From Planctomycetota bacterium (lineage in GTDB: Bacteria > Planctomycetota > UBA1135 > UBA2386): a stretch of 64,000 bases of DNA. A model generated the notes under the pieces. That model saw nothing but the letters and a program-made list of their open reading frames with translations. It was not told the DNA's origin and ran no database searches. The stretch is taken from positions 1,344,001 to 1,408,000 of the forward strand of contig OZ245006.1 of NCBI GenBank assembly GCA_965223545.1. The letters run 5' to 3'. Position numbers and translations under genes: made by a program. Position 1 is the first letter of the stretch, and each line of letters begins with the position of its first letter. This document shows positions 10,716 through 20,457 of this stretch, one piece after another.

Positions 10716-11414
10716 CTACGCCGGCCGCTCAGCGAAGTCCAACCGCCCCCGCGACCGCCGCCACCCACCCTTCAGCAGCCAGGTCCGCGCCCGCACCGTC
10801 GGCCGCGCCACCGGCTCCGACAGCTCCACCACCTCGCGCCACCCGTCGAACCAAGGCCCCGACGAGTAGACGTCGATCGCCTGCCGCGGCCGCTGCCGGT
10901 GGTGCCAAGCATTCTGCAGCACATACACCAACGCCCGCCGCACCTCCGTCGGCGAGCGCAGCACCCGCTCGTGGAACCGCTCGGCAAACACCCGCCCCGA
11001 GCGCCCCCACAGCTTGTTCAACCCCCGCGCCATCCGCACCAGCAGCCCGGTCATCCCCCGCGTCAACGCCTCCCGATCCTTCGCCTCCACCAGAAGGTGC
11101 AAGTGATCGCGCTGCACCGAGAACTCCACCAACCGAAACCCGAACCGCCCACACCCCGCCCGGATCCGCTCCACCAACATCCAGTACGTCCGCGCATTCC
11201 GTAAGCCCGGCAACCCCCGACACAACCGCACCGTCACGTGCAACGGATACCGCGCCACCAACGCCCCCCGCGCCAAGTGCGGCACCGTCTCATCACTCAC
11301 CTTGGGCCGACCAGCCCCCTCCCGAGCCCCACCCCACTGCCGAAACGGCAGCTCACCCTGCACCACCCCACGGCGCCGTCCACCGCGCCCCGATCGAACT
11401 GCCTTGCTCGTCAT
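10716..11414 (-). mobile_element. HUH Y1 transposase (REP-associated tyrosine transposase/IS200-like)
   Basis: PLHVTVR, FSVQRDHLHLLVEA (HUH), ERFH, YVLQN (catalytic Tyr); start taken as ATG 11414. Confidence 0.85.
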
Positions 11415-11541
11415 TTGAATTAGCGACCTTATCAAAGAGGGAGTCCGCATGCAAGAACCCGAAAGGGAATCCGCGAAAGCGGCCGGCGATTCGCACGCAG
11501 CCTGCTCCCACCACCTCCAGCTCCAGAGCTGAAGGCTCGCC

Positions 11542-13089
11542 TCACCACGCCGAGTAGCCGCGGGGGGTTGCCCCCCCGCAGCTCTCACAGAACCGGACTT
11601 GTGGGTCACACATCCGGCTCTTCAGGACGGTATCCCCCAAAGGGGGCCGCCAGTCGTAGCGGCGCTCGTCCCAGAGCTTGGAGAGCGACACCAGCCGCTC
11701 AGCAAACCACTGATTGGGATAAGCGCGTTTGATCGCTCCCGAGTTGCTCTGCCACCACGTGCCACGCCGGCCAAACGCGGTGCGTGCAGCCGACTGCCAG
11801 CTGCACCCACGGGCGACAAGGTCTCGGAAGAGGTATCGCGGTCTCTTCTTCTGCCGAATGATGATCGCCCGCAGGCGTCGTCGAATATGGCCATCGAGAT
11901 TCCGCAAGGTCCGCCACGCGGCCTTCGTGATCAGCTGGAAGTAGCCGATCCAACCACGGAGGTAACGGTTCAGTCGTTCGATGCACCAGGACATCCGACC
12001 ACCCCAGGACCGCGGCGTAAGCTCACGGATTCGGGCGTCGATGCGATCCAGAGTGCGACGGGACAACTGCACCGTCAGCCAGCCCTTTCGAGTTGCGCCT
12101 ACGCGAAACCCGAGGAAGTGCCGGCGATGGGCCAGGTCGACGGAACTCTTCGCTTCGTTCACTTTCAGTCGCACGCGACGTTCGATGAACCTGCGAATCG
12201 AAGCCATGACCCGGTGTCCTGAGCGCTCGCTACCGACGTAGATATTGCAGTCGTCGGCGTAGCGCACAAAACGCAACCCGCGTCGTTCCAACTCCCAGTC
12301 CAATTCGTCCAGGACGATGTTGGACAGCAGAGGTGATAGCGGGCCGCCCTGGGGCGTTCCTTCTTCCGTGATGACGCGGGTGCCATCTGGAAGAACCACG
12401 TTCGCTTTCAGCATCAGGCGGATGATCCGCAGCACCCGACGGTCCTTCACCTTCTGAGCCAGCCGGTCCAGGAGGCGTTGGTGATGGACACGGTCGAAGA
12501 ACTTCTCCAAATCGATGTCCACCGTGTACCGCCGACCCTGCTTCACGTAACCCGCTGCTTCGGCGATCGCTGTGTGGGCTCCCCGCCTCGGCCGGAAGCC
12601 GTGGCTGCTGTCGTGGAACGTCGGGTCGTAGATCGGCTCCAGAATCTGGCGCACGGCCTGTTGGACCCAGCGGTCGATCACGGTTGGAATCCCGAGACCC
12701 CGCTGCCCACCACTGGGCTTCGGGATCCACACCCGACGAATATCGCCGGGCGCGTAGGTCTCCATGAGCAGAGCATCGCGGAGTTTCGGGAGCAGGTGTT
12801 TCGCATGACGCTTGACCTCTGACACCGTCTGTCCGTCGACGCCCGGGGCGCCCTTCTTGCTTACGACATGTGCCAGTGCGCTTCGCAGGTTGCCCTGCTC
12901 CGCGACCAGCTCCAGCAGATGGCAGTAGCCGTCCGCTGGCGGCGGAGCCGATTCCGATCGATGGCTGCAATCCGTCGTAGGCACCGACGTGGACTTCGTG
13001 GCAGATTCGTCTGCCCTTCCGGCCACGCCGTCCCCTTGCGGGCTCTCGGCGAAAGCGAACTGCAGTTGCCGTGGTTTCGGCTTTCTCAT
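11542..13089 (-). CDS. ltrA: Group II intron reverse transcriptase/maturase without endonuclease domain
   Basis: GAPGVDG, RGLGIPTVIDR, SHGFRP, DIDLEKFFD, GTPQGGPLSPLLSNI, RYADD, LNRYLRGWIGYF; no HNH C-terminus. Confidence 0.96.
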   Translation of the reverse strand: MRKPKPRQLQFAFAESPQGDGVAGRADESATKSTSVPTTDCSHRSESAPPPADGYCHLLELVAEQGNLRSALAHVVSKKGAPGVDGQTVSEVKRHAKHLLPKLRDALLMETYAPGDIRRVWIPKPSGGQRGLGIPTVIDRWVQQAVRQILEPIYDPTFHDSSHGFRPRRGAHTAIAEAAGYVKQGRRYTVDIDLEKFFDRVHHQRLLDRLAQKVKDRRVLRIIRLMLKANVVLPDGTRVITEEGTPQGGPLSPLLSNIVLDELDWELERRGLRFVRYADDCNIYVGSERSGHRVMASIRRFIERRVRLKVNEAKSSVDLAHRRHFLGFRVGATRKGWLTVQLSRRTLDRIDARIRELTPRSWGGRMSWCIERLNRYLRGWIGYFQLITKAAWRTLRNLDGHIRRRLRAIIIRQKKRPRYLFRDLVARGCSWQSAARTAFGRRGTWWQSNSGAIKRAYPNQWFAERLVSLSKLWDERRYDWRPPLGDTVLKSRMCDPQVRFCESCGGATPRGYSAW

Positions 13090-13582
13090 CCTGTCACCCC
13101 CTTCGCTCCACCGGCATTACCCGGCTTCATCACTACTACGGGGTGATCCGACTTCTCTGCATGCCTTGGTGGGTCGTCGTTGCCTCCTCCCCACCTACCG
13201 CTCGAAGCGGACACACAGAGATCTCCCTGGGTAAGAACGCAGAGTTTCGCGCCGCCGCCGATTCCAGTACTCCGAGGTCGCGACTGGATATCGGGCGTCA
13301 CGTTGGATGGCACGCTGACCCAGACCTCGAGAGCCTTACGGAACTTCGCTTTCGCTCGGTGCTGCGCTGCGTCTAGGGCTTCCATCCCACACGACCTCGC
13401 GGGAACAGCACGGCACGGTGTCCGTCCTGTTCTGGCATCCCGGATCAACACCGCGCACCGCCCTCTCGGACGGCACACGGCTCCCCTTTCTGCCTCGTGC
13501 AGCTGCCTTCGACTCATGGTTTCCTCCAGTACGGATCCATAAAGAACTTTCATCTTCAACTCTGCGCCCATGCCAGGCGCAA
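11549..13582 (-). mobile_element. Group II intron (IIC-like), full length
   Basis: 5' end TTGCGCCTGGCATGGGCGCAG; domain V GAGCCGGATGTG..CACAAGTCCGGTTC at 11590-11620; domain VI with GCAA loop and bulged A; 3' end CTACTCGGC; removing it restores a 33-bp hairpin. Confidence 0.88.
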
Positions 13583-13767
13583 CATCACCGACGACAGCGG
13601 TCCAAGACGAGGCACGGGTGCGACCGCCGCCGACGGTGACGGAGCTGAGGCGAGTGCGCACTACTCCGTGACGAACGCCCGATCTTGAATCCGTGACCTT
13701 CAGTTCGAGCCGCGCACCCAACCGCTGCTCTCGAGCCGGAGGCCGGGGAGCGTGCTTCTGGCACCGT

Positions 13768-14424
13768 TCAGAGGGCGCCGATGACGCCGATCAGCAGGAT
13801 CACGCCGATGGCGAAGCGAGCGACCTGTTTGCCTTGGCTGACTTCGGTGAGGGAGACGTCGCGGATCAGGAGGGGGTTGCCGGCGTGGTTGGCGGAGAGT
13901 CGGTAGACGCCGGAGAGGACGGTGGCGCGGCCTACGGTGGCTGGTGCTTCGATGCGGAACGGGACGTCGAACTGGGCGCTGGAGCCGGGGGGTACGGTGG
14001 CGATGGTCACCGGGGCGTGTTCGGCGCGTTGGAGATCGGCGAGCTGCTGGCTCTCGGCCTCGGGTGTGCGGGGGCCGGGTTCTCGGCGTTCGAGGTCGAA
14101 GTCGCTGCCGCGAATCACCCACATCTGGTCGCTGTCGTTGAAGGCGGTGAACGCGATCTCGAAGCGCAGGACGTGGCGGTCGGCGTGCTCCGGACATGGT
14201 CCACCGAGGGCGTAGGTGCAGTCTACCGACTCGGCCCTGGGTGCCGGCTCGCCCGGGGCCGCGTAGTCCAGGACCTCGCGGTGAAACCGGGTGCGCAACG
14301 CTCGATCGCCGCGCGCGGTGAAGCCACTCTGCGGGTCGACGACCAGCATGGGCGTCGTCTGGCACCCCGCTAGCGCGAGCGCCAGCAACAGCGCTGCGAA
14401 ACCCATCCATCTCGAGCCGCACAT
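13768..14424 (-). CDS. Hypothetical lipoprotein with C-terminal TM helix
   Basis: LALAGC lipobox; TGATG overlap with upstream gene; hydrophobic C-terminus. Confidence 0.7.
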   Translation of the reverse strand: MCGSRWMGFAALLLALALAGCQTTPMLVVDPQSGFTARGDRALRTRFHREVLDYAAPGEPAPRAESVDCTYALGGPCPEHADRHVLRFEIAFTAFNDSDQMWVIRGSDFDLERREPGPRTPEAESQQLADLQRAEHAPVTIATVPPGSSAQFDVPFRIEAPATVGRATVLSGVYRLSANHAGNPLLIRDVSLTEVSQGKQVARFAIGVILLIGVIGAL

Positions 14425-15374
14425 CACCACCACCTCCGCAGCTGCTCGCTCAGCGTGTTCAAGTCGAAGCTCAGCATCAGTCCCATGGTCGGCCCATAGT
14501 CCGTGCTGTTGAGAATGTCGTTCCAGATCTCGAACGTGAGCCCCGTCGCCCACGCGAACCGGGCGCTGATGAAGCGCGTGCCGATCGGTTCGTCGTCGAA
14601 GTCGACGAAGAAGCCGCTGTCGTAGGTGAACGTCAGACCGACCTCCGGGTTGCCCAACCACTGCCACACGGTCGACGAACTCTCGATGCGCCGCGGCTCG
14701 TAGCCGACGTAGGCCTGCACGATGTTGTTGAAGTGCGCCAGGTTGTCGAACGCATCGCCAGGCCGCGGAAACGCGACGCGGTCCTGCAAACCGAGCTTCA
14801 GCGACCATTCCGGAATGCGCAGCTCGAATCCGGCTTGCGCGAACGGCTCCTGGTAGAGCGTGCCGAGGTTGGCGCCGGCGCCGGCAAAAACCCTGGTGCG
14901 CCAGCGGTCCCCCTCGACCACCTCGGGCTCGAACAAGCCGACACCGCGCCACTGCCAGTGCAGCGCGCCTCCGCCGTAGTAGTCGACCTCGTCGCGAGAC
15001 GCTCCCACGGGAACGCGATCCAACCCCCACGAGTTGTGCAGGTATTCGTTCTGCAGGAATCGCGTCGGCTGATCGCTCGTCGGCCCCCCGCCGGCCCACA
15101 CCGAGAACGTCACATCCGGGAGCGCCGGCAGACGGTCGGCCACCGACAGCGTGAGCATGTTGAAGCCCATCGACTCGTCGATGCCGTTGTACTTGGTGCC
15201 GGTCTTGCTGAATTCGGTGAAGCGGTTGAACGAGAGCGTCGCGCGCACTTCGGGGTGCTGCGGAGGGAACGTGTTCGCCCCCCAATGCGGATCGGGTGCG
15301 CCGCCCTGGGCAGCGACCGCGGCGCCAAGCGCTGGCATGAGCGATAACGAGATGAGACAGAGACGTTTTCGCAT
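14424..15374 (-). CDS. Secreted probable outer-membrane beta-barrel protein (possibly LpxR-like)
   Basis: Signal peptide MRKRLCLISLSL..AVAAQ; alternating aromatic beta-strands; LpxR link is tentative. Confidence 0.6.
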   Translation of the reverse strand: MRKRLCLISLSLMPALGAAVAAQGGAPDPHWGANTFPPQHPEVRATLSFNRFTEFSKTGTKYNGIDESMGFNMLTLSVADRLPALPDVTFSVWAGGGPTSDQPTRFLQNEYLHNSWGLDRVPVGASRDEVDYYGGGALHWQWRGVGLFEPEVVEGDRWRTRVFAGAGANLGTLYQEPFAQAGFELRIPEWSLKLGLQDRVAFPRPGDAFDNLAHFNNIVQAYVGYEPRRIESSSTVWQWLGNPEVGLTFTYDSGFFVDFDDEPIGTRFISARFAWATGLTFEIWNDILNSTDYGPTMGLMLSFDLNTLSEQLRRWW

Positions 15375-15514
15375 GGCCGACTTCTCGCGCGGGAGCCCCC
15401 CGGCAAGAAGTTCGAACGACGAGGCGACGGGTCGCCCGACGCTTTTTTTGGAAAACCGCCTTGGGATCCCGCCCGGAATCACATTCCGGCGGGTGAACCC
15501 ATCGAGGCCAACCA

Positions 15515-17842
15515 ATGACGTTAGAACGAATCGCTGTCTCCGCCGCGCTCGTCGGCTCCACTCTCGTCGCACCGCTGGCGGCCGCGCAGCCGCAGCCGTC
15601 CCAGAACACCGATCCGGAGCGTTTCCGCGTCCCGATCCACCGCCAGGCCAACGACCCGGCCGGCGGCGACTACGGCGTCTGGGCCAGCGGCGACACCTAC
15701 AAGGTGTCGTTCCACGACGGCATGACCTTCTACCCATTGCTCGGCCCCGGCGCGCCCGAGAACCTCCCGGTCCGCTGGCAGACCACCGCCATGCTGCGGG
15801 GCGGCCAACGCCTACTCGACACGGGCACTGCCGTGGCACCGGCGACCTGGCACTCGGACCTGCGCTTCGAGTATCGGTTTGACGGGTTGACCGAGGCCTA
15901 CGACATCCGGCCTGACGGCGTCGAGCAGAGCTTCGTCCTCTACGCGCCGCCAGCGGGCGATGGTGATCTCGTCGTCGAGGGCCGCCTCTCCGGCAGGCTG
16001 TCGGCCGACGACCGCAGCCCATCGCACGGCGAGATCGCCCTGCGCGACGCCGCTGGGCGCGCGCTGGTGACTTACGGAGCGGCGACCGCGATCGATGCCG
16101 CCGGCCGGCGGCTGCCGATGCAGGTCGCGACGCAAGGGGACCGGGTCCGCCTGCACGTCCCGGACAGCTGGCTCGACTCGGCCAGCTATCCCGTCGTCCT
16201 CGATCCGCTGCTGTCGAGCACTCAGCTGGCCGTCGCCTTGATCCTCGGCACCGTGGGCGAGACCTCGATCGGGGTCGACGTGGAGAGCACGTACCTCGGC
16301 GGCGACGGCGTGCTGGTGGCCTACACCCGCAGCTTCTCCGCCAACGACCACGACCTCTACGTCCGCATGCTCGAGCACGACTGGAGCAACGGAAGCGTCG
16401 TCTTCAGTGATGTCACCACCAACTGGTCGACGCGGAACCCCGACGTCGCCTTCATCGGTGGGCCCGACCGCTGGGCGGTGGCGATCCAACGGGACTTCGC
16501 GACCCAATCCGGAATCCGAGTCGTGCTGCACGACGCCGGTGACCGCACGCCAAACAGCGGCACGGTGCTGTTCGCCAACTTGCCGTTCGGCGAGACGCAC
16601 ACCAATCCGGCGATCGGCGGCACCGCGAACCTCACCCTGCAAAGCGGCAACCGCGGGCTGCTGGTCTACCAGCGAGATCCCGGGGGCAACCCGGCGATGT
16701 CCAACACATCGCGCATCGAGGGCATCCTGGTCGACGCCAACGCGGTCAGCCTCGGCACTCCGCGTACGCTGCGGCGGCCTCCGATCGGCGTACTCGGTGG
16801 CTACGACCAAGAGCGGCCGGACGTCAGCCATTCCACCGACGCCAACGACTCCTGGATCGTCGTCTTCCAGGAGCTGTCGCCAGGCGTTTTGCTCGACGAT
16901 TGGGACGTGATGGCCTTGCAGGTCGACTCGAACGGCGCCGTGCGCGGATCGGTCACGGTCGGTGAGGACGGTTCGACCACGACGCGCCACTGCCTGGCGC
17001 CGCTCGTCGACGGCCAGTCCGGCCGGCACGCGGTCACCTTCGTGCGCACCGACACCTACACCAGCGCCGTCCCCACCGGCACTGCGATCGAGGTGCAGAG
17101 GCTCGACTGGGCCAACGGCGGCCGTCCCGCCCTGCGTGGCATGCGGCGCCTCGCGAGCCGGCGCGGCGCCACCCTGCGCAACACCGGCCTCGCGTTCGAC
17201 ACGCTCAGCGACGATCACTGGGCCACCCTGTTCGTCGACACCGGAAGCAACGGCGACACCGCCACTCTGATGCGCTTGGGCCACACCGGCGGCATCGTCG
17301 AGCAACATCTGATCAACGCCGGCAGCGCGAACGTGATCGACCCGACCGTCGCCTACAGCAACTACGGTCAGAAGTTCCTGCTGACCTACGGGACCGATGG
17401 CGCCAACAGCCCGGTCCTCGGCGCGACGCTCGCCCACGACCCGACCAACGGCGCCAACCAGTACGGCGCGTCCTGCGGCGGCGACAACGACTTGACCGGA
17501 CCGTGGGCCTGGGCCGGCTCGGAGAGCGTGCGCTGCCGGCTGTTCTACGCAGCACCCAACGCGCCCGCGGTGGTCTTCCTGTCGCTGGCCCCGGCCGCGG
17601 TGCCGCTCGCCGGAATCGGTATGCCCGGCTGCACCCTGCTGGTCGACACCGGCGCGGGCTTCGTCGCGTCGTTGCCCAACGGCACCAACGCCAACGGCGA
17701 TGCTTGGCAGGACATCCCGCTCAGCGACGCTCCGGCCTTCATCGGCGACTTCTACGTGCAGTGGGCCTACATGGACGCCGGCGCGCCTCGCCCGCTCAAG
17801 ATGTCGGCGAGCCAAGGGCTACACGTTCGCGTGCGACCGTGA
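15515..17842 (+). CDS. Large secreted protein with shared C-terminal domain
   Basis: Signal peptide; GVEQSF and YPVVLDP motifs; C-terminal YGASC...GMPGC...FYVQW...SQGL. Confidence 0.85.
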   Translation: MTLERIAVSAALVGSTLVAPLAAAQPQPSQNTDPERFRVPIHRQANDPAGGDYGVWASGDTYKVSFHDGMTFYPLLGPGAPENLPVRWQTTAMLRGGQRLLDTGTAVAPATWHSDLRFEYRFDGLTEAYDIRPDGVEQSFVLYAPPAGDGDLVVEGRLSGRLSADDRSPSHGEIALRDAAGRALVTYGAATAIDAAGRRLPMQVATQGDRVRLHVPDSWLDSASYPVVLDPLLSSTQLAVALILGTVGETSIGVDVESTYLGGDGVLVAYTRSFSANDHDLYVRMLEHDWSNGSVVFSDVTTNWSTRNPDVAFIGGPDRWAVAIQRDFATQSGIRVVLHDAGDRTPNSGTVLFANLPFGETHTNPAIGGTANLTLQSGNRGLLVYQRDPGGNPAMSNTSRIEGILVDANAVSLGTPRTLRRPPIGVLGGYDQERPDVSHSTDANDSWIVVFQELSPGVLLDDWDVMALQVDSNGAVRGSVTVGEDGSTTTRHCLAPLVDGQSGRHAVTFVRTDTYTSAVPTGTAIEVQRLDWANGGRPALRGMRRLASRRGATLRNTGLAFDTLSDDHWATLFVDTGSNGDTATLMRLGHTGGIVEQHLINAGSANVIDPTVAYSNYGQKFLLTYGTDGANSPVLGATLAHDPTNGANQYGASCGGDNDLTGPWAWAGSESVRCRLFYAAPNAPAVVFLSLAPAAVPLAGIGMPGCTLLVDTGAGFVASLPNGTNANGDAWQDIPLSDAPAFIGDFYVQWAYMDAGAPRPLKMSASQGLHVRVRP

Positions 17843-17863
17843 GCCTCGGCCATCGCCGCGCGC

Positions 17864-18949
17864 TCACCGGCCGCGCCCGCCCCCATGGCGAGCGCGGTCC
17901 AGCAAGACGGCGGCGAGGATGATGCCGCCGGTGACGATCTCCTGCACCCAGTTGTCCAGGCCGAGCTTGGTGCAGCCGTTGTCGACCACGGTCATGATCA
18001 GCGCACCGACCAAGGTGCCGCGGATCGTGCCTTCACCGCCGGTCAAGCTGGCGCCGCCGATCACGACGGCGGCGATCACCTTGAGCTCGTAGCCCGACGC
18101 GGTCGTCGGGTCGCCCATCGAGAGATACGACAGCTGCAGCAACGCGGCGACCCCCGCGCAACCGATGCCGATCGCGTAGGTCAACAGCAGCGTGCGCTCG
18201 ACCGGTACGCCGCAGAGGCGCGCGGTCGATGCGTTGGAGCCGATCGCGTAGACGTGGCGACCGAACACCGTCAGGCCGAGCAACGCCGCCATCAGCGCTG
18301 CCAAGCCGAGCATGATCCACACCCCGGGCGCCAACCAACCGTCCCCGCGCACCATCAAGTCCTGAATCCAAGTCTCGGCAGGCGGGTAGACCGGCTGGTT
18401 GTCGGCAAGCCCCTTGGCCGCGCCGCGCAGAGCTCCCCACGCTCCGAGCGTGACGATGAACGGCGCCAGTGGCAACGGCGGAAGCAGCCGCCGGCCCGAG
18501 ACAGCGACCGTGGCACCGACAGCGAGCGCTGCCACCGCGGCCATCGGCCAGCCCCACGGCGCGGCAGTGCTGAAGAGCACCGTCAGCGCCAGTAGGGCGG
18601 CAACCGCGGAGGCGGTCCGCCCCACGACCAACGCGCCGATCAACAGGCCGCAGACGACCGCGCCGAGCACGCCGCCCAGCGCGGCCCACGCCGCCGGCAC
18701 GCCCAGCTCGAGCAAACGCGCGACAGCAACGGTGCCGAGCGCGATGCTCGAGCCGACGGACAAGTCGATGCCGCCGGTGATGATGATCAGAGTGGCGCCA
18801 ACTGCCGCGCTACCGACCACCGCGGTCTGCAACAACATCAGGCGCTGGTTGTCCCAACGCATGAAGTCGCCGCCGGCGAGCACAGCGAACAAGACCCACA
18901 CCACGACCAACCCCAAGAGGGGACCGGCGAGCCAGCCCCGACGTATCAC
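17864..18949 (-). CDS. Sugar ABC transporter permease (RbsC-like)
   Basis: GGIDLSVGS, FGRHVYAIGSN, YELKVIAAVVIGGASL; GTG start overlaps upstream stop. Confidence 0.92.
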   Translation of the reverse strand: MIRRGWLAGPLLGLVVVWVLFAVLAGGDFMRWDNQRLMLLQTAVVGSAAVGATLIIITGGIDLSVGSSIALGTVAVARLLELGVPAAWAALGGVLGAVVCGLLIGALVVGRTASAVAALLALTVLFSTAAPWGWPMAAVAALAVGATVAVSGRRLLPPLPLAPFIVTLGAWGALRGAAKGLADNQPVYPPAETWIQDLMVRGDGWLAPGVWIMLGLAALMAALLGLTVFGRHVYAIGSNASTARLCGVPVERTLLLTYAIGIGCAGVAALLQLSYLSMGDPTTASGYELKVIAAVVIGGASLTGGEGTIRGTLVGALIMTVVDNGCTKLGLDNWVQEIVTGGIILAAVLLDRARHGGGRGR

Positions 18950-20457
18950 GCCGCTCCCCCCGCTCCGGTCGCCAACGCCATCAAGCGGTGCGCATCGGTC
19001 TCCGCCACGGGGAACGTCCGAGAGAGACGCCCGCGGCACATGACGGCCACGCGATCACAGATCCCCATGAGCTCCGGCAGATAGCTGCTGACCACCAGCA
19101 CGGCGGCTGGCGCATGCCCACCCCTGCCGGCAGCCAGGCGGTCGATCTCCGCGTACAGGGCTGCCTTGGCCCCGACGTCGACCCCCCGGGTCGGTTCGTC
19201 GAGGAAGAGGACATCGACGCCCGCGTGCAGTAGGCGCGCCAGGGCCACCTTCTGTTGGTTGCCACCGGACAGGGCCCCGACGGGCAAGCACGGATCGGCG
19301 ACGCGAATCCCGAGCCGGTCGATCCACCGCTGCGCGGCCACGCGGCAGCGCCCAGGCCAGACCAGCCCGCACGGCCCCAGCCCATCGAGCCGCGCGAGCA
19401 CGAGGTTGTCGATCACGCTGGCGTCGATCGCCAACCCCTCGCTCGCGCGGTCCTCGCTGACCATGCCGACCCCCTGCGCCCATCGCGTGGACGGCGGCCG
19501 CGCGCCGGCGACGCCCAACACGGACAGCATGCCACGCTCGACGCGGTCGAGGCCGAACACGCAGCGCAACAACTCGGTGCGGCCGGCCCCGACCAGCCCG
19601 GCGATGCCCAGCACCTCGCCGCGCCGCAGCGTCAGCGAAGCCTCTGCCGGCAAGGATGCACCCGCCAGCCCGGCCAACTCCATCACGACCTCGCCCTCGA
19701 CGCGCGCACTCCGCGGATACAGCTCGGTCACCGCGCGCCCGACCATGGCCTCGACGATCGTGGCCTTGGTCCAACTGCCCATCGCTCGACTGTCGACGAT
19801 GGCACCATCGCGCAGCACCGAGCAACGGTCGGCGATGCGCTCGACCTCTTCCAATACGTGCGAGATATAGACCAGCGCCAATCCCTCGCCACGCAGCTGC
19901 TCGACCAACGCCAACAGCCGTTCGACATCGGCCTGTCCGAGACTGCTGGTCGGCTCGTCGAGAACCAGCACGCGACACCCTGCCCCGACCGCACGCGCCA
20001 CTTCGACCAGCTGCTGGCTCGCAGGTGGCAACGCGTGCACCGCCCGTCCCAGCAGTTCCTCGGGCAAGCCGACGCGCGCCAGCGCTGCCGCGGCTCGGGA
20101 GCGGCCCTCGAGCCGGTTGCGCCATCCGAACCGCGCCGGCTCCGCGCCGAGCAGCAGGTTGTCTTGCACGGTCATGTGCGGCGCCAACGACAGCTCCTGG
20201 TAGATCATCGCCACGCCGCGCGCGCGCGCCTGACGCGGGTCGCGCGGGGCAAACCGGATGCCATCGAGAAACACTGCGCCAGAATCCGGCTGCACCGCCC
20301 CACTGAGCACCTTCATCAGCGTGCTCTTTCCCGCCCCGTTCTCGCCAACCAACGCATGCACCTGCCCGGTCTCGACCTCGAGGTCCACTCCGCGCAGCGC
20401 CTCGGTCGCGCCAAAGCGCTTTCTGACGCCCGCCATCCGCAGCCGGCACTCGCTCAC
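18946..20457 (-). CDS. Sugar ABC transporter ATP-binding protein (RbsA-like)
   Basis: GENGAGKST, LDEPT twice, LSGGNQQK; GTGA overlap. Confidence 0.95.
   Translation of the reverse strand: MSECRLRMAGVRKRFGATEALRGVDLEVETGQVHALVGENGAGKSTLMKVLSGAVQPDSGAVFLDGIRFAPRDPRQARARGVAMIYQELSLAPHMTVQDNLLLGAEPARFGWRNRLEGRSRAAAALARVGLPEELLGRAVHALPPASQQLVEVARAVGAGCRVLVLDEPTSSLGQADVERLLALVEQLRGEGLALVYISHVLEEVERIADRCSVLRDGAIVDSRAMGSWTKATIVEAMVGRAVTELYPRSARVEGEVVMELAGLAGASLPAEASLTLRRGEVLGIAGLVGAGRTELLRCVFGLDRVERGMLSVLGVAGARPPSTRWAQGVGMVSEDRASEGLAIDASVIDNLVLARLDGLGPCGLVWPGRCRVAAQRWIDRLGIRVADPCLPVGALSGGNQQKVALARLLHAGVDVLFLDEPTRGVDVGAKAALYAEIDRLAAGRGGHAPAAVLVVSSYLPELMGICDRVAVMCRGRLSRTFPVAETDAHRLMALATGAGGAA

Noticed and set aside
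11542..13089. RT as a retron, DGR or defence RT
   Set aside because: Maturase-type C-terminus plus recognisable intron 5' end and domains V and VI identify a group II intron
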